Assembly (NCBI GenBank): GCA_951406725.2
Contig: OX597828.1
Span: 51,646,001-51,710,000, forward strand
Length of the DNA stretch: 64,000 nucleotides
Reading direction: 5' to 3'
DNA from: Octopus vulgaris
Lineage: Eukaryota
Made by a program: the position numbers and the translations under genes. Positions 1-13,700 of the stretch are shown piece after piece. The number at the start of each line of letters is the position of its first letter. Position 1 is the stretch's first letter. The notes under the pieces were generated by a model. It searched no databases and was not told the DNA's origin. It worked only from the letters and a program-made list of their open reading frames with translations.

Positions 1-384
1 TCAGTCATTTGACTGTGGCCATGCTGGAGCACCACCTTTTTAGTCGAGCAAATCGACCCCAGGACTTATTCTTTGTAAGCCTAGTACTTATTCTATCGGT
101 CTCTTTTGCCGAACCGCTTGGTTACGGGGACGTAAACACACCAGCATCGGTTGTCAAGCGATGTTGGCGGGGAACAAACACAGACACACAAACATATACA
201 CAAACATATATATATATACATATTTACGACGGGCTTCTTTCAGTTTCCGTCTACCAAATCCACTCACAAGGCTTTGGTCGGCCCGAGGCTATAGTAGAAG
301 ACGCTTGCCCAAGGTGCCACGCAGTGGTACTGAACCCGGAACCATGTGGTTCGTAAGCAAGCTACTTACCACACAGCCACTCCC
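1..384 (-). mobile_element. tRNA-derived SINE, family 1 (CORE-like central motif), 3' end cut by window edge
   Basis: Minus strand reads GGAGTGGCTGTGTGGTAAG (A-box-like), GGTTCAGTACC (B-box-like) and ACCTTGGGCAAG (CORE-like), with an internal CA/TA microsatellite. Homologous copies lie at 34.5k, 38.7k, 40.1k and 44.3k. Confidence 0.85.
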
Positions 385-895
385 CAAACATATATTCTTA
401 TAAGCACAATGCTACATTAGTAACCAATACTACTGCGATACCGCTAGGTCATTCTATGTCGATTAATGTGAGATAGGTAAATTCTTCGGCCCCTCCGTAT
501 GTATCACTCACCGTGAGACGAAAACGTAAACGCGTAAGCTTATCTACACTGGTGAACCTAACGGTGACATTGATACCCTCCATACGCCATCAGTTATTTC
601 ATTAACCCTCTGTGTCTGAGTTTCTATACATATTGATGACACTACAAGAGCTACAAGAATATAGGCCAGACTTAGTGAAACCCACCACATAAGCTGTGCC
701 ACTTTTGGCACCGAATTTATTAATATATATTTAATTCGCCGCGTAATCCTATGTGCACCAAATCACGCGTGTGGCTATGATTATACCTTCGTCTATGTTT
801 ATGCCCATATATATATAGACATACATACATATATATATATATACATATATATGTATATATGTATATGTATATATATATATGTATATGTATATATG

Positions 896-930
<35 letters not shown>

Positions 931-960
931 ATATATATATGTGTGTATATTTATACATAC

Positions 961-1028
<68 letters not shown>

Positions 1029-1055
1029 ATGTGTGTGTGTATGTGTGTGTGTGTG

Positions 1056-1175
1056 TGTTCCTTTCTGTAGAAGAGCGTAGGGTCGAAACGTAAAAGACTT
1101 TTCTATTCCTGAGCGTTGTACTAATACATCTGTTTGTTTTATACACCACCTGTCTTCTTTTTTTTCGTAAACTCT

Positions 1176-1180
<5 letters not shown>
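1056..1180 (+). mobile_element. PLE-type 3' terminus fragment with degenerate hammerhead-like core, ending in (TA)n
   Basis: CTGTAGAAGAGCGTAGGGTCGAAACGT motif. Homologous to 60860-61003 and runs directly into (TA)n. Confidence 0.5.
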
Positions 1181-1227
<47 letters not shown>

Positions 1228-1231
<4 letters not shown>

Positions 1232-2463
1232 ACTGCCTAACGCAGCTCCTGCATCACTTTGAGGACATTTTGAGAGCTTTGGGAGAGGGCTCCAACACCG
1301 ATGTCATCTACCTTGATTTCAGTAAGGCCTTCGACAGGGTCGATCACAAGATCCTATTGAAAAAACTATCCAACATTGGTGTCTCTGGAAAGTTACTGAA
1401 ATGGATCAAGTGTTTCCTGACAGACAGATCTCAACATGTTGTAGTTGAAGGGGTAAAATCAAGCCCAGCCAAAATCAGTAGTGGCGTTCCGCAAGGCACT
1501 GTGCTGGGCCCACTTCTTTTCATCATTTACATTAATGATATTAATGACATCATCAAGCACAGCAACATAAAAATCTTTGCAGATGACTCCAAGCTACAGA
1601 AGGTCATAAATGAGGCGAGTGACCGGACGTGCCTTCAGTCAGATCTACTGGCTGTTATCCAATGGGCAGAAAAAAACAATATGCTGCTGAACGAGGATAA
1701 ATTTGAGCTAATCCACTTTGGAAAAGAGGATGCCCTGAAACACCCATACTCCCTTCCTTCAGGTGAAACTCTCGCGGCGTCCAACAACATCAGAGACTTG
1801 GGAGTAATTGTGGACAACAACATAAGCTGGGCCACTCATATAAACACCAAAGTTGACATGGCCCGCAGAATGTGTTCCTGGATTCTCAGAACTTTCCAGT
1901 CGAGAGATATCCACACCATTATCCTTCTCTTCTCCACTTTTGCCCGACCCCACCTTGAATACTGTTGTCCACTGTGGTCTCCCCACACAATACAAGGTAT
2001 CATAAAAGTTGAAGCACCTCAAAGGGCAATCACAAAAAAGATAGATGGCATGACAGGCCTCGACTATTGGGGTCGACTAGAAAAGCTAAAACTCTATTCT
2101 CTCCAACGTCGTCGTGAGCGCTACATCATCTGCATGATGTGGAAAATATTCCATCAGCATTGCCCAAATGATGTTGGCATCACCTTCAAGGTACATCCAA
2201 GGCTTGGGCCCCGTGCCATTCGCCCAAAACAAAAATCGCACTCTCATCTCATAACAACAATACGGCACAATTATTTCACCTCAATTGGCCCCGCTCTCTT
2301 TAACATTACACCAAAACACATTAAAACAGAAACTGACCCTATAGGGTTCAAGAAGTCTTTGGACAGATTCCTTCAAGAAATCCCGGATAAACCCCCTACA
2401 CCCGGATATGTCTCTGTAAACAATAACTCTCTACTTGAGTGGGCCATAGTGCCCAAATTCTGA
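1228..2463 (+). CDS. LINE ORF2 C-terminal part (reverse transcriptase), N-terminally truncated
   Basis: Frame is open from 1228 (RDCLTQLL). Motifs: [72 protein letters not shown]. Confidence 0.92.
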
Positions 2464-2547
2464 CTTGAAAGACTTCACTAGGTGGTGCTATTAAGTTAGA
2501 CATGGCCTGGGCCAATAATGGCCGAAACCTATCAAAGTATCAAAGTA
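1228..2547 (+). mobile_element. 5'-truncated CR1-type non-LTR retrotransposon inserted in (TA)n
   Basis: Uninterrupted RT frame, short 3' UTR, and 8-bp terminal tandem repeat (TATCAAAG)2 at 2530-2545. (TA)n lies on both sides. Confidence 0.9.
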
Positions 2548-2607
<60 letters not shown>

Positions 2608-2899
2608 TGTTGAATCGTATATAGGCATACGATAGAATTATTTTTCTCATTGATCCAGAGCAGAATTTTCAATTTTGACTCTTCTTTGTGTGTGTGTGGT
2701 GCATGCGCGTGCGTGTGTGTGTGTGTTTTTGGGTGCGTGTATATAACCATATCTGTGTGTGTGTATTTGTATATTCGTGTACTTATAGCAACAAATTCTT
2801 CTCCAATCCTTATACTGAAGATGTATTTGTTTTCAATGTTTTGTACGCGGTTTTTGTAATGTGTTAAGTGCACTTGTGTTGCAGTCATTCCCGCGGATT

Positions 2900-3200
2900 T
2901 CAAAACTTTTTAGGACTTGCTTTTAGGTCTTTCATCTAACATAAATAATATGTGAAAATATACAATTGGCTATAATATATTCCTAGTTTTGTTTCCCAAG
3001 TATGGAATTTCTTCAAATTGTGAATTGTCCCAAATTTTAGAATTAACACAAGCACTGTAGAAGTGTTTTATGGGAATTAAATTTTCCAGAAATGGAAGCA
3101 ATTTTGACAGAGATTTTTCGAAAGCGTTCAAAAAAATTTCTTTGTCATTTTTAGCTTTGTAGCAAGACCCACTTTTCATTTTCCAACCATTACCAACATA

Positions 3201-3202
<2 letters not shown>
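2900..3202 (-). pseudogene. Possible decayed PLE ORF fragment
   Basis: Coding-like minus frame with IPYLGNKTRNI, resembling the PLE RT-to-GIY-YIG linker. Abuts (TA)n. Weak evidence. Confidence 0.3.
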
Positions 3203-3258
<56 letters not shown>

Positions 3259-3448
3259 TATGTGTGTGTGTGTATATGTATATAGGTGTGTATGTCGTAT
3301 AGAAATAAGGGCATATTACATATATAGGTATTTCTAAACCACTGTAATTATGAGTATGTATTCCTCACTTACATAATTATACATATAAACACATTTATAT
3401 ATATATATACATATATATATATATGTATCTATATATATAGTACATATA

Positions 3449-3497
<49 letters not shown>

Positions 3498-3502
3498 GTA
3501 TC

Positions 3503-3543
<41 letters not shown>

Positions 3544-3621
3544 CTAATGACATATACATACGCATGCACGTATACACATTTTCCTCTTTATTTATATATA
3601 TATATCTACATGTCTCATACA

Positions 3622-3652
<31 letters not shown>

Positions 3653-4076
3653 CTATGCGCAGTGTTAATTTAATAAACATCGTTGCATTGGAAAGGAGTA
3701 TGCTAAAATATAATCGATGATAGATGGTCATGAAAGCCCTTGAGGAGAAAATCTTATTGATTATATTTTAGTTTGCAACCTTTATATCATCTGTGTATCT
3801 AACGTAGCAGAAATTACCACAATATTTATAGAAATTACATTACTGTTGCGAGAAAGGAAAGAAGACTGTCTTACTTTCGTACTTCTTCACATTTTCGTTC
3901 AATGAAACATATTCCTTATCTTACTTCAAATTTTCTCACTTTTTAATGTTTCGGTTCGTCTTTCGGGAACTACTGCTAATCACACTGCTTCCCCACGTCC
4001 ATAAATTTTCTCATCCTTATTCTATTTCCTGTGACAAAGCAGCCATTTCTGTAGTTATAACGAACGTGAAGATAAA

Positions 4077-4486
4077 GGCGACCAGCTGGCAGAATCGTTA
4101 GCACGCCGGGCGAAATGCTTAGCGCTATTTCGTCTGCCGCTACGTTCAAATTCCGCCGAGGTCAACTTTGCCTTTCATCCCTTCGGGGTCGATTAGATAA
4201 GTACCAGTTACGCACTGGGGTAGATTTAATCGACTTAATCCGTTTGTCTGTCCTTGTTTGTCCTCTCTGTGTGAAGCCCCTTGTGGGCAGTAAAGAAATA
4301 GGTATTTCGTCTGCCGTTACTTTCTGAGTTCAAATTCCACCGAGGTCGACTTTGCCTTTCATCCTTTCGGCGTTGATTAAATATGTACCAGTTACGCACT
4401 GGGGTCGATATGATCGACTTAATCCGTTTGTTTGTCCTTGTTTGTCCCTTCTGTGTTTAGACCCTTGTGGGCAATAAAGAAATAAG
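4077..4486 (+). mobile_element. tRNA-derived SINE, family 3 (Meta-domain-like), with tandemly duplicated body
   Basis: Head GGCGACCAGCTGGCAGAATCGTTAGCACG. The GCCTTTCATCC(C/T)TTCGG..ATAAGTACCAG motif occurs twice, with a junction at ~4301. Confidence 0.85.
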
Positions 4487-4724
4487 AAACGTTAAGACGC
4501 CGAACCCAAATACCTAACAGTTATACAATCTAAGTTCGACTTCGCCTTCCTTTTACGGCCGATGATATAAGTAATAGTTGAGCGCTGAGATAGATATAAT
4601 CGATTTGTTGCCTCTCCTGAATTACCGGCCTTGTGTCTAATGTAGAAAAGATTTTTAATATGCATACAGACACACGTACCTAACTACATACATACATACA
4701 TGTATATATATATATATATATTGT

Positions 4725-4757
<33 letters not shown>

Positions 4758-4781
4758 ATTAAAACAACTATAAAAATGTTC

Positions 4782-4922
4782 TTCAATACTTAAATACTGA
4801 ACAGTATATATAAAGGATAAAATCCTTTTAAAAGCAGAAAAATTTGCCGGTCGCCAGCAAACGTTTCTGCTCTTAAAAGGATTTTATTCCTTATATATAC
4901 TGCTCAGTATTTACGTGTTGAA
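4782..4922. repeat. Imperfect hairpin, ~70-bp arms
   Basis: TTCAATACTTAAATACTGAACAGTATATATAAAGG.. pairs with ..CCTTATATATACTGCTCAGTATTTACGTGTTGAA. Confidence 0.85.
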
Positions 4923-5019
4923 AAAATTTACCTTTTTACCTGTTCTACAATAGATTTCAACACTTCAAAAACAAACTTGTTTGTCTTCATACGAGGTAAT
5001 ACATAGGTATATATACATA

Positions 5020-5495
5020 TACGAGGGGAAGTCAAAAATTATCTGCACTTTCGCAATAATATATCTGTATTATTGTCACACAGCCATCTGCGCGTGCATG
5101 CGTATCGTTGGTACTATTGTGGTGACGTGGTCGATGTTTGAGCCTGGTGTTACCAATAGCAATGTGCACAAAAAAACAAAAAACAAAAACAAAGAGCAAT
5201 GATCCGAGTGATGTAACGGTGAACCGGTTCACTATTACCATTTCTGGATCTGGATGAATCTTCTTATCGGTGGAGGTTGACACGCGTCCTGCAACATCTT
5301 TCTGCGTCATGTTTGCCTGGCCATATTAAACTTCTCGATCCACTGATGTACACATTGACGCGGTACTGCGCTGTCCCCGCATTGTGCTAAAAGCCTACGA
5401 TGAACTTCAGCACCTGACACACCTTCCGACTAGAGAAATCAGATTACTTACTCTTCGTTCTTTTGTGGTGTACATTGATTGTTGAGCGGTCATGC
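5020..5495. mobile_element. Mariner remnants: TIR and 5' end on the plus strand, plus a decayed transposase HTH N-terminus on the minus strand
   Basis: TACGAGGGGAAGTCAAAAATTAT TIR-like start. Minus strand 5205-5490 reads SEGVxGAEVHRRLLAQCGDSAVPRQCVHQWIEKFN..AGRVSTSTD. Confidence 0.75.
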
Positions 5496-6258
5496 TTACA
5501 TTGTAACGCTAGAAAGAAAAATTCAATTGTACAATGAGGCACTAAACCTCTTACCATTTTTCCCCAACTAGGAACTTTCAGTAACAGTGAGGATTTTCAA
5601 ACTCTTATCCATATTCCACCCCAACATCGCTTGTGACCCATCCTACGCCATCACCCAAGCCTCAAATGACTGAAACACGTTAAAGAATAAAAGAAAGCTC
5701 GGCCAACGTACCTCAAATTTCGGTCACGTGACTGCAATATTACTAGCTATAAGCACACATGCGTAGAAGGCATTGTGGACATAAAGATATGTTATGGCGA
5801 AAGTATGGATAATTTTTGACTTCGCCTCATATACATATATGGCGTGTGTATGTGTGCATGTATGTATTTATATATGTATGTATGTGTGTATGTATGTGTG
5901 TATGTATGTATGCATGTATGTATGTATGTATGTATGTATGTATGTATGTATGGGATTGACTCAGTGCACAGCCCTTCCTCACTTTAACAAAAATCTTCTG
6001 GCACAGGCATTGCACGATAACAATATTGATTAAACTTCGTGCAATGGCCATAATCGATAAAGAGGGACAGCCACCACCATGTATGTATGCATGTATGGGT
6101 ACATATATAAACACCAGAAGCATAGATCAAATTGTTTGTCAAAACGTAAGTTCAACCAATTCGTGCTAAGCATTTGACCCGACGTTTTAACGATTCTCTA
6201 ACATCGGTTGCTCAAATCAGGGGCAGCAGGAACAATAGCAGCAGCAGCAGCAGCAAGT

Positions 6259-6600
6259 GGAGGCGCAATGACCCAGTGGTTAGGGCAGTTGACTTGCGGT
6301 CGGATGATCGCGGTTTCGATTCCCGGGCGTTGTGTGTGTTTATTGAGCGAAAACACCTAAATCTCCACGAGGCTCCGGCAGGGGGTAGTGGCGACCCCAA
6401 CTTTCTCTCACTCTTTCTTCCTGCTTCTTGTCTCCGACTTCCTACGCAACCGCTGAGCCTGGATGCGCATTCATCCATCCGTCGATGCTCTCGGTGTCGG
6501 AGGTTGACCTGCTTTCTCTTCTGCGGGTCTTACGAATAGCAAAGGACCACGTTTCGGACTTCTCCCATCTTACGAGCTCCGGGACGAAGACCGTTCGCTC
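6259..6600 (+). mobile_element. tRNA-derived SINE, family-2 head with alternative tail
   Basis: Head GGAGGCGCAATGACCCAGTGGTTAGGGCAG..GGTTTCGATTCCC is shared with 14259. The tail after ~6420 differs and ends in (CAG/CAA)n. Confidence 0.8.
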
Positions 6601-6654
6601 AACAGCAACAGCAGCAGCATCCGCAGCATCCGCAGCATCCGCAGCATCCGCAGC

Positions 6655-6745
<91 letters not shown>

Positions 6746-8420
6746 AGAGCAGCAACAGCAGCAGCAGCAAACTCACTCAGCATTCTTGAATATAGGAGGA
6801 GCAATGGTCCACTGTGATTTGCCTCCAGGTCTTATGTTAATTAAGTGACGAATTGTGTATATCCCAGTTTACATTCTGCATCGTACTTTTCTTTCTTTAT
6901 ATCCTTCTTTTCATTAGCGGCAACATATTTCGACTAATTATCGATAATTGATAAAATGCTGAACTCTGCATCGCCTATAATTCGTTAGTTAACACATTTT
7001 GCATTTTGTTGTTGTTTTCTTTTCTTTTCTTTTTTTTTTTGTTTTTCTTTTTCAATTTAAAATCTTGCTACAGGCGTTCCGAATCGCACTCTACAAACAA
7101 ATGAGGTTGAAAAATCTTTAGCAGTTCCGTGTTCTAGCGTCGGCTGAATACACAACCGAAATATACGCAACTACTAGCAATCACCATCAACAAAACAAAC
7201 ACCACCACCACCACCACCACTATCATCACCGCAGCCGCCGCCGCCGCCACCCCTCCTACCGCCGCCAAAAACCATTGCAATTATCACCAATACCACCATC
7301 ATCGCAAGCGCCACTACCACTACCACTACTACCGACGGTACAAGCACCACCTCTAAAGTACCACCACCACCACCACCACCACTCCACACATTCTAACACC
7401 ACCACCCTCATGCCCATCATCATCAGGATCATCATATCATCATATCATCATCATCATCATCATCATTATTATCGTCATCATCATCGTCATCACCATCATA
7501 ATTCACCCCCTCCGCCTCCTCCTCCTCCTCCTCATCATCATCATCATCATCATCATAAGCAGCATTAACAACATCGTATTGACCGTAACTTTCATCCTTT
7601 CTAATGCATCGTACCCGTGAATTCTGCTAGAATTGGTGTATCCCTTGCAGTGATTTGCTCTGCCAAAAACCCTATCAAAACCTCATTCAAATCCCAGGGA
7701 GCTCTTTCACGGAATGTTGTTAATATTGGTTAATGTATTTCTTAGATCTTTGCAAAAAAAAAAAAAAGGATGGGCATAATGGTCACGATTAGAATGCCGT
7801 TGGTTGTAAATCACATTGACCAGTATTCCCTTGAACCTCGTTATGATTAGGGTCATCAAAGTTGACATCCTGTTCTTCTTAATTAGTTCTGCAGTCAGCA
7901 TTTTTATCATTATCATTGTAGTCGCCACCGTCATCATCATGACATATCATCATCATCAGCGTCGTCGTTGTCGTCATCATCGCCAATATTATCATCCCAC
8001 CATCACCACAATCACCACCTTCGCCGCCAACAGCATTACTACCATTACCGAGGCTGCCGCCACCACCACCACCATTAATATCACCATCATCATCGTCGTC
8101 ATCATCGTCGTCGTCATCATCATCATCATCAGCAGCAGCAGCAGCAGCATCGTCGTCGTCATCATCGTCATCATGTTGCTCATTGTCAAAGACATCCTAG
8201 TTATCATCATAACGGCCATCATCATCATCATCAACAACAACAACATCATCATCTTCATCATCATCACCGTCGTCGTCGTCATCATCATTATCATAAATAT
8301 CCTCAGCACATACAGCACCACCATCATCATTATTGCACACTGGCCTTTCATCCCCATTGTCACCGCGATCTTCATCACCATCATCATCATCATCATCACC
8401 ATCAACAACAACATCATCTG
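6600..8420. repeat. Trinucleotide microsatellite cluster ((TAG)n, (CAC)n, (CAT)n)
   Basis: Seen directly. Explains the poly-V/T/H/I/M ORFs. Confidence 0.9.
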
Positions 8421-8954
8421 TATTTCGTTAACAATATTTTAATTTTATTCTGGCCACAAAGAAAGGCAAATTGATATAAATTCTATAACATTAAGATATT
8501 TTAATCCGTTTCTCATGATTCTACATTTGTATACAATGTGTAATGACCTTTTGTTTCATTGCTCTAGGGTGAAGGAAATAATTAGCAGCAAATTATGCAA
8601 AAGATTATATCCCTTCATTACATATTCATGGCATTTTGTAATGGCAAGAAATCAATATTATTATCGTTTGATAATAGACCTATTGCTAAAAAGTGAAGAG
8701 TAACTCATTAAATGTCATTCATTATTTAGTTTCATAATTTTATACTTTAAATCCTAGTCTCACTGTGTTTTTGACATATTTTTGCTAGAAAATTCTAGGT
8801 ACTCTCTGAGCTAGAAAGAGAAAGGACGAATTTTGCAGCAAATTTGGTAGGAAAATGTCTGAGTCGAGAGAGTTCAACGTTTGAGTCAGAGTTTTGTCGC
8901 CTACATTAGTGGTTGGCCACAGGAAGCTCTGGTGTTGCGATGAAAGGGGCTTAA

Positions 8955-9686
<732 letters not shown>

Positions 9687-9739
9687 AGGAGAGGAAAAAA
9701 GGAGAGAAAAAATGTGTGTAGTGGCTAACGATCTATATA

Positions 9740-9988
9740 TACCCATACGTTTCCCACGGTCAGTATTTTCTTTAGATGCATGTGTGGTGAAAGTAATAAA
9801 TCTTCAGAAATTTGAAATTTCTTGACAGTCAGTATCAACATTTGACCGATTTTATCGAACTCCTGTAAGTTTTTTTTCTGCGTAACATATTCCAAGACGT
9901 TATGGAAACTTTGGTTGTTCTCCAAGAGTTAAAGTGTTGTGTTTCCTATCTTTATTTGAGGGTGAGTAAACATTTTGACCATAAGTAT
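9740..9988 (-). mobile_element. Possible Tc1-like 5' end remnant
   Basis: Minus strand TA-CTTATGGTCAAAATGTTTACTCACCC is TIR-like and is followed by decayed coding-like sequence. Confidence 0.35.
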
Positions 9989-10502
9989 ATATATGACCAT
10001 CAGCGAAAAAGATATTTTCACTGATGGTCAAGCTAGATAATTTATTATAATTTCTGGTTTACATATAATGAGATAAAGAGGTTGCAATCGACGAATTGGG
10101 ACATATATTTCTGTAAAATAGAATGAAATAATATGATAACAGATAGTTCTGCTCTGATATAATAACAGCTTATGAAACTTGTGCTATAGACCAAATAAAT
10201 ATCCCCTAACTTGTTTGAAACAAACGAGAACTATAGCTAGATGAAGAAAGGTTTCACATGTTTATGTTTTGCTTAGTAATAAGGATTTTCTTTTTATTTT
10301 AGATCCAATATGGTTTCCATGTAACGATTGCTTAATAATTATTTGATAGGATTCAATGGAAAGTCTATATAATTTCTTTACTGACCTGCACTGATGTTAA
10401 ATTGGAAAGAAATTGTAATTAATGAGGTTTGAGTTTGATAACTTCTTTAAATACCAACAAATCACCCTAATATTTCATAATATATGTGTTTTACTCTTCT
10501 CA

Positions 10503-10750
10503 TCTTTTACTTGATTCCGTTGTTGGACTGCAACCATACCCGATCACTGCGTTTTAGTGTTTAACCGAATAAACCTGCAACAGAACTTATTTTCACTCTG
10601 GCACTAATTATATTCTCCTCTTTTGCGAATAAGCCAACACAGAATGGTTGCCAAGCACTGGTGTGGGAAACATAGTCACGCACACAAAATCACAATACAA
10701 AGACACACACATACACACACACACAAACACACACACACACACACACACAC
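10503..10750 (-). mobile_element. Decayed family-1 SINE tail
   Basis: TTTTACTTG..GGACTGCAACCAT.. then a CA tract, colinear with 1-200. Confidence 0.5.
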
Positions 10751-10751
10751 A

Positions 10752-13700
10752 GATATCTCTTAGTGATAAGTCAATAGTTTCAAATAATTCTCTTCTTATC
10801 ATTGATATATCATCCCAAATGATAGGTTTTCTTTCTCTCAGGACATGTGCTAAGTCGGATTTCTTATCAGTGTTACAGACTGACTTTTTGTGAATTGAGA
10901 TTGGAATCTTGAATTTGGAATAACCCCTCCGTCTACCCAATATCACCGTAGCTCCAATTCCTGATGAAGCTGCGTTAAGAACTATTTGATATCTACCTCT
11001 GTAAAAAGCTAATATGGCATTTGCAAGGAAAGTTTTTTCCAGTTCTTCCTGGTTCCTCAATTAAAATGTGTGATGAGAAATTCATGTTCAAACGTCCGAC
11101 AGCACGATTATAAATGACCTGTGGTGCTTTATTAAGGAGAGGTGCCCTTTCAGCAACAATATTTCGCTGCTCATCAATGTCGTAGTTCAATTCAAGCAAA
11201 AATCCGTGACTGACTTCTATTTCTTCATTATTGCGAGGAAGTGGTTCATTGAAACCTTCAAGATTTATTGAAAAGCATTTCAGTTATTTTTTTTTACATA
11301 CAGAAGTCATCCTTCATGACACCTTTGTTGACATAATACGCAAAGATCATTCTTCATTCAGAAAGTCATCAGATATTGAATCTTTGAATCTCTCCTAAAG
11401 AGCTAATGGAACTAACAAATTTCTATGTGTGAACATCACGATGAATAACTCACTCATTTCTTTAGGAAGCCTTGTTGTTAGGGCATCGTGCATGGTAATC
11501 ATCAAACGTTGATCATTTTCAAAAAGTCTTCTTTTACGTGACTCCTTAAAGTTGTATGTTCGTAATATGACGAAACTTTCTGAACCACGAACTTCATGCA
11601 ATACAATTCTTAAAAAATACAGTTCTGCCTTTAGTGTGACAACATAAACACGACCAAGTGCTTCTGCTTTGAAAATGTTTAAATGGCCTTCAACTTATTT
11701 CCTCGCGTTCTTCTTTGTCATTATTTATTACTACTGTTTTAAGTGAAATACATGAATACTTCAGCATAAAGTAATGTCTTTTCGAAATCATCATTGATGC
11801 ACATTGAAAAGAATTCTGTCAAAGTTGTTTTCATATGTCGTTCATTGACAGCCATATTCTCATTGTTTCTGACCAATATTCTTTCTTCATCCGGTAGATG
11901 AAGTTGCAGTCTGACTATTGCAGGTGCTCTTTCATGAATAGAAATTCCTAAAATGGATGCAACTGTTTCGGATGGTCCAATATATGTACCCATTAGATAT
12001 TGACTAATTTCATTATTTGAACAACACCATAGTAATTTTCTTTCATCGTGTACTTGCTGACGTACTTAATTGACCGCATGCATACAATCATTTCAACTTA
12101 GCAGTGGCATTTGAATCTCTTAAAAGAGCTTCATCGTAAGGTACACCCTATTTGTTGTTGATTGCTTTTCCATTCTTATGAAATTCAACTCTTCCCATTG
12201 CAACTGATCTTCGTCTATAAAGAAGATAAGAATCTTCACCAGAGACAGTACTTTGCAAGTATTGTTTGAGAAATCTCTTGGAGCATATTCCATTTTTCAG
12301 CAGGGATAATCTGCATTAAAATATGGACCATGAATCATATGAGCAACGATTAAACATGTAGTTCCTTATCTGTTGTTGGGTATAGAATTTCTGCTCGCAT
12401 ATAGTCATCAATCTCATTTGGTCTGATATTTTTTAGCAACGAAGAAAAAGGCATATCAGTATGGCAATCTACGCCTTTGGCATTCAACGGTATGGGAATA
12501 TGCTTTGACTTCATCTCAAAGTTTTCTCTTGACAACCACGTCCATAAAAATGTGTCTCTTCAGTTGGAAAACTCTGATAATCAAATCTCGCCTGTCAGAT
12601 GCCATCTGTCCAGGAAAAATATTTTGAGTAATTTCTGGCCATTTGGAATTACGTCACTTTCAGCCATGCGTCTATTTTCAGTTATGTATCTTGGACCTCC
12701 AGTAACTGTTGAGAGACGTAGAATCTCTTTTCTAACATCATTAAAATCCTCATTGTCTTTTATTGTATCCTTTAGTCCCTAGTATGTTGCATTTCTTAAA
12801 TCAGTTTGATGCTGTATCAAATAGGAGAGGTTATTAGATTATATTTTTTGCAGCTTGATCAACCAAATACTGCTAGAATAATAAACTGTCTCGGAGAATA
12901 TGGTTGAATTCGCTTTGATGATTCATTATTCTATATTTCTTGATTGTCAGTCGCTCTATTGTTTGTCATATCCAGGTTGATGTTCTAACCATTGTTAACT
13001 TCAGTAAAAAGAGAACGTACTGCATTGGGTCCGAAATTATGGTTAGTTCATCTCTTTCCTTCATGACGATATGCCTCGAGGATAAATCTTGCTTTGTATT
13101 GGTCGAAATAACAGACTTCATTTGCAGTTGGTACATTCTACCGCCTCGCATACTCTCTGGTTGGTCTTCTGCCCTCATGAATAATAATACTGGCCTCTGG
13201 TATGTCTCTGAATACTTCCCTTGCCATGTTGAACGAAAAAATATATGGATTTCTCTCCCGTGAAACGTTTTTAATTCGTTCTACGATTCTTGTTTCTATC
13301 CCTGCTTGATTGTTCAAAATTCTCATCTCTTGTAGAACTGAGTCTTGTGGGTCTAAGAAGTATAGTTGAACAAATTTGGCTCGCTCATCGGAATCTGGAT
13401 TTAGTGGTTCCTGGAAATGGTAAATTTGTCTAGGAATTATAACTGGAGAATTGTAACTTTGAGGTTGAAGACTCTCTTTCCAACTAAAAGATGTAATTTG
13501 AAAATTTCTATTGAACTGCCTGGCATATTTTCTGAAATTGTTTCCTTCAAATAATTCCTTCTTTTCTAGTGGCAAATCAGGTAATATTTCCTTCATACAG
13601 CTAAAATTGGCAGTTTCTCCTGAAAATTTGAAAGCTCTAAAATGGGGGCATACTCACTTCATTCCTTCAAAAGAGACGGTTTCGAAGTCATTGAGCTTCG

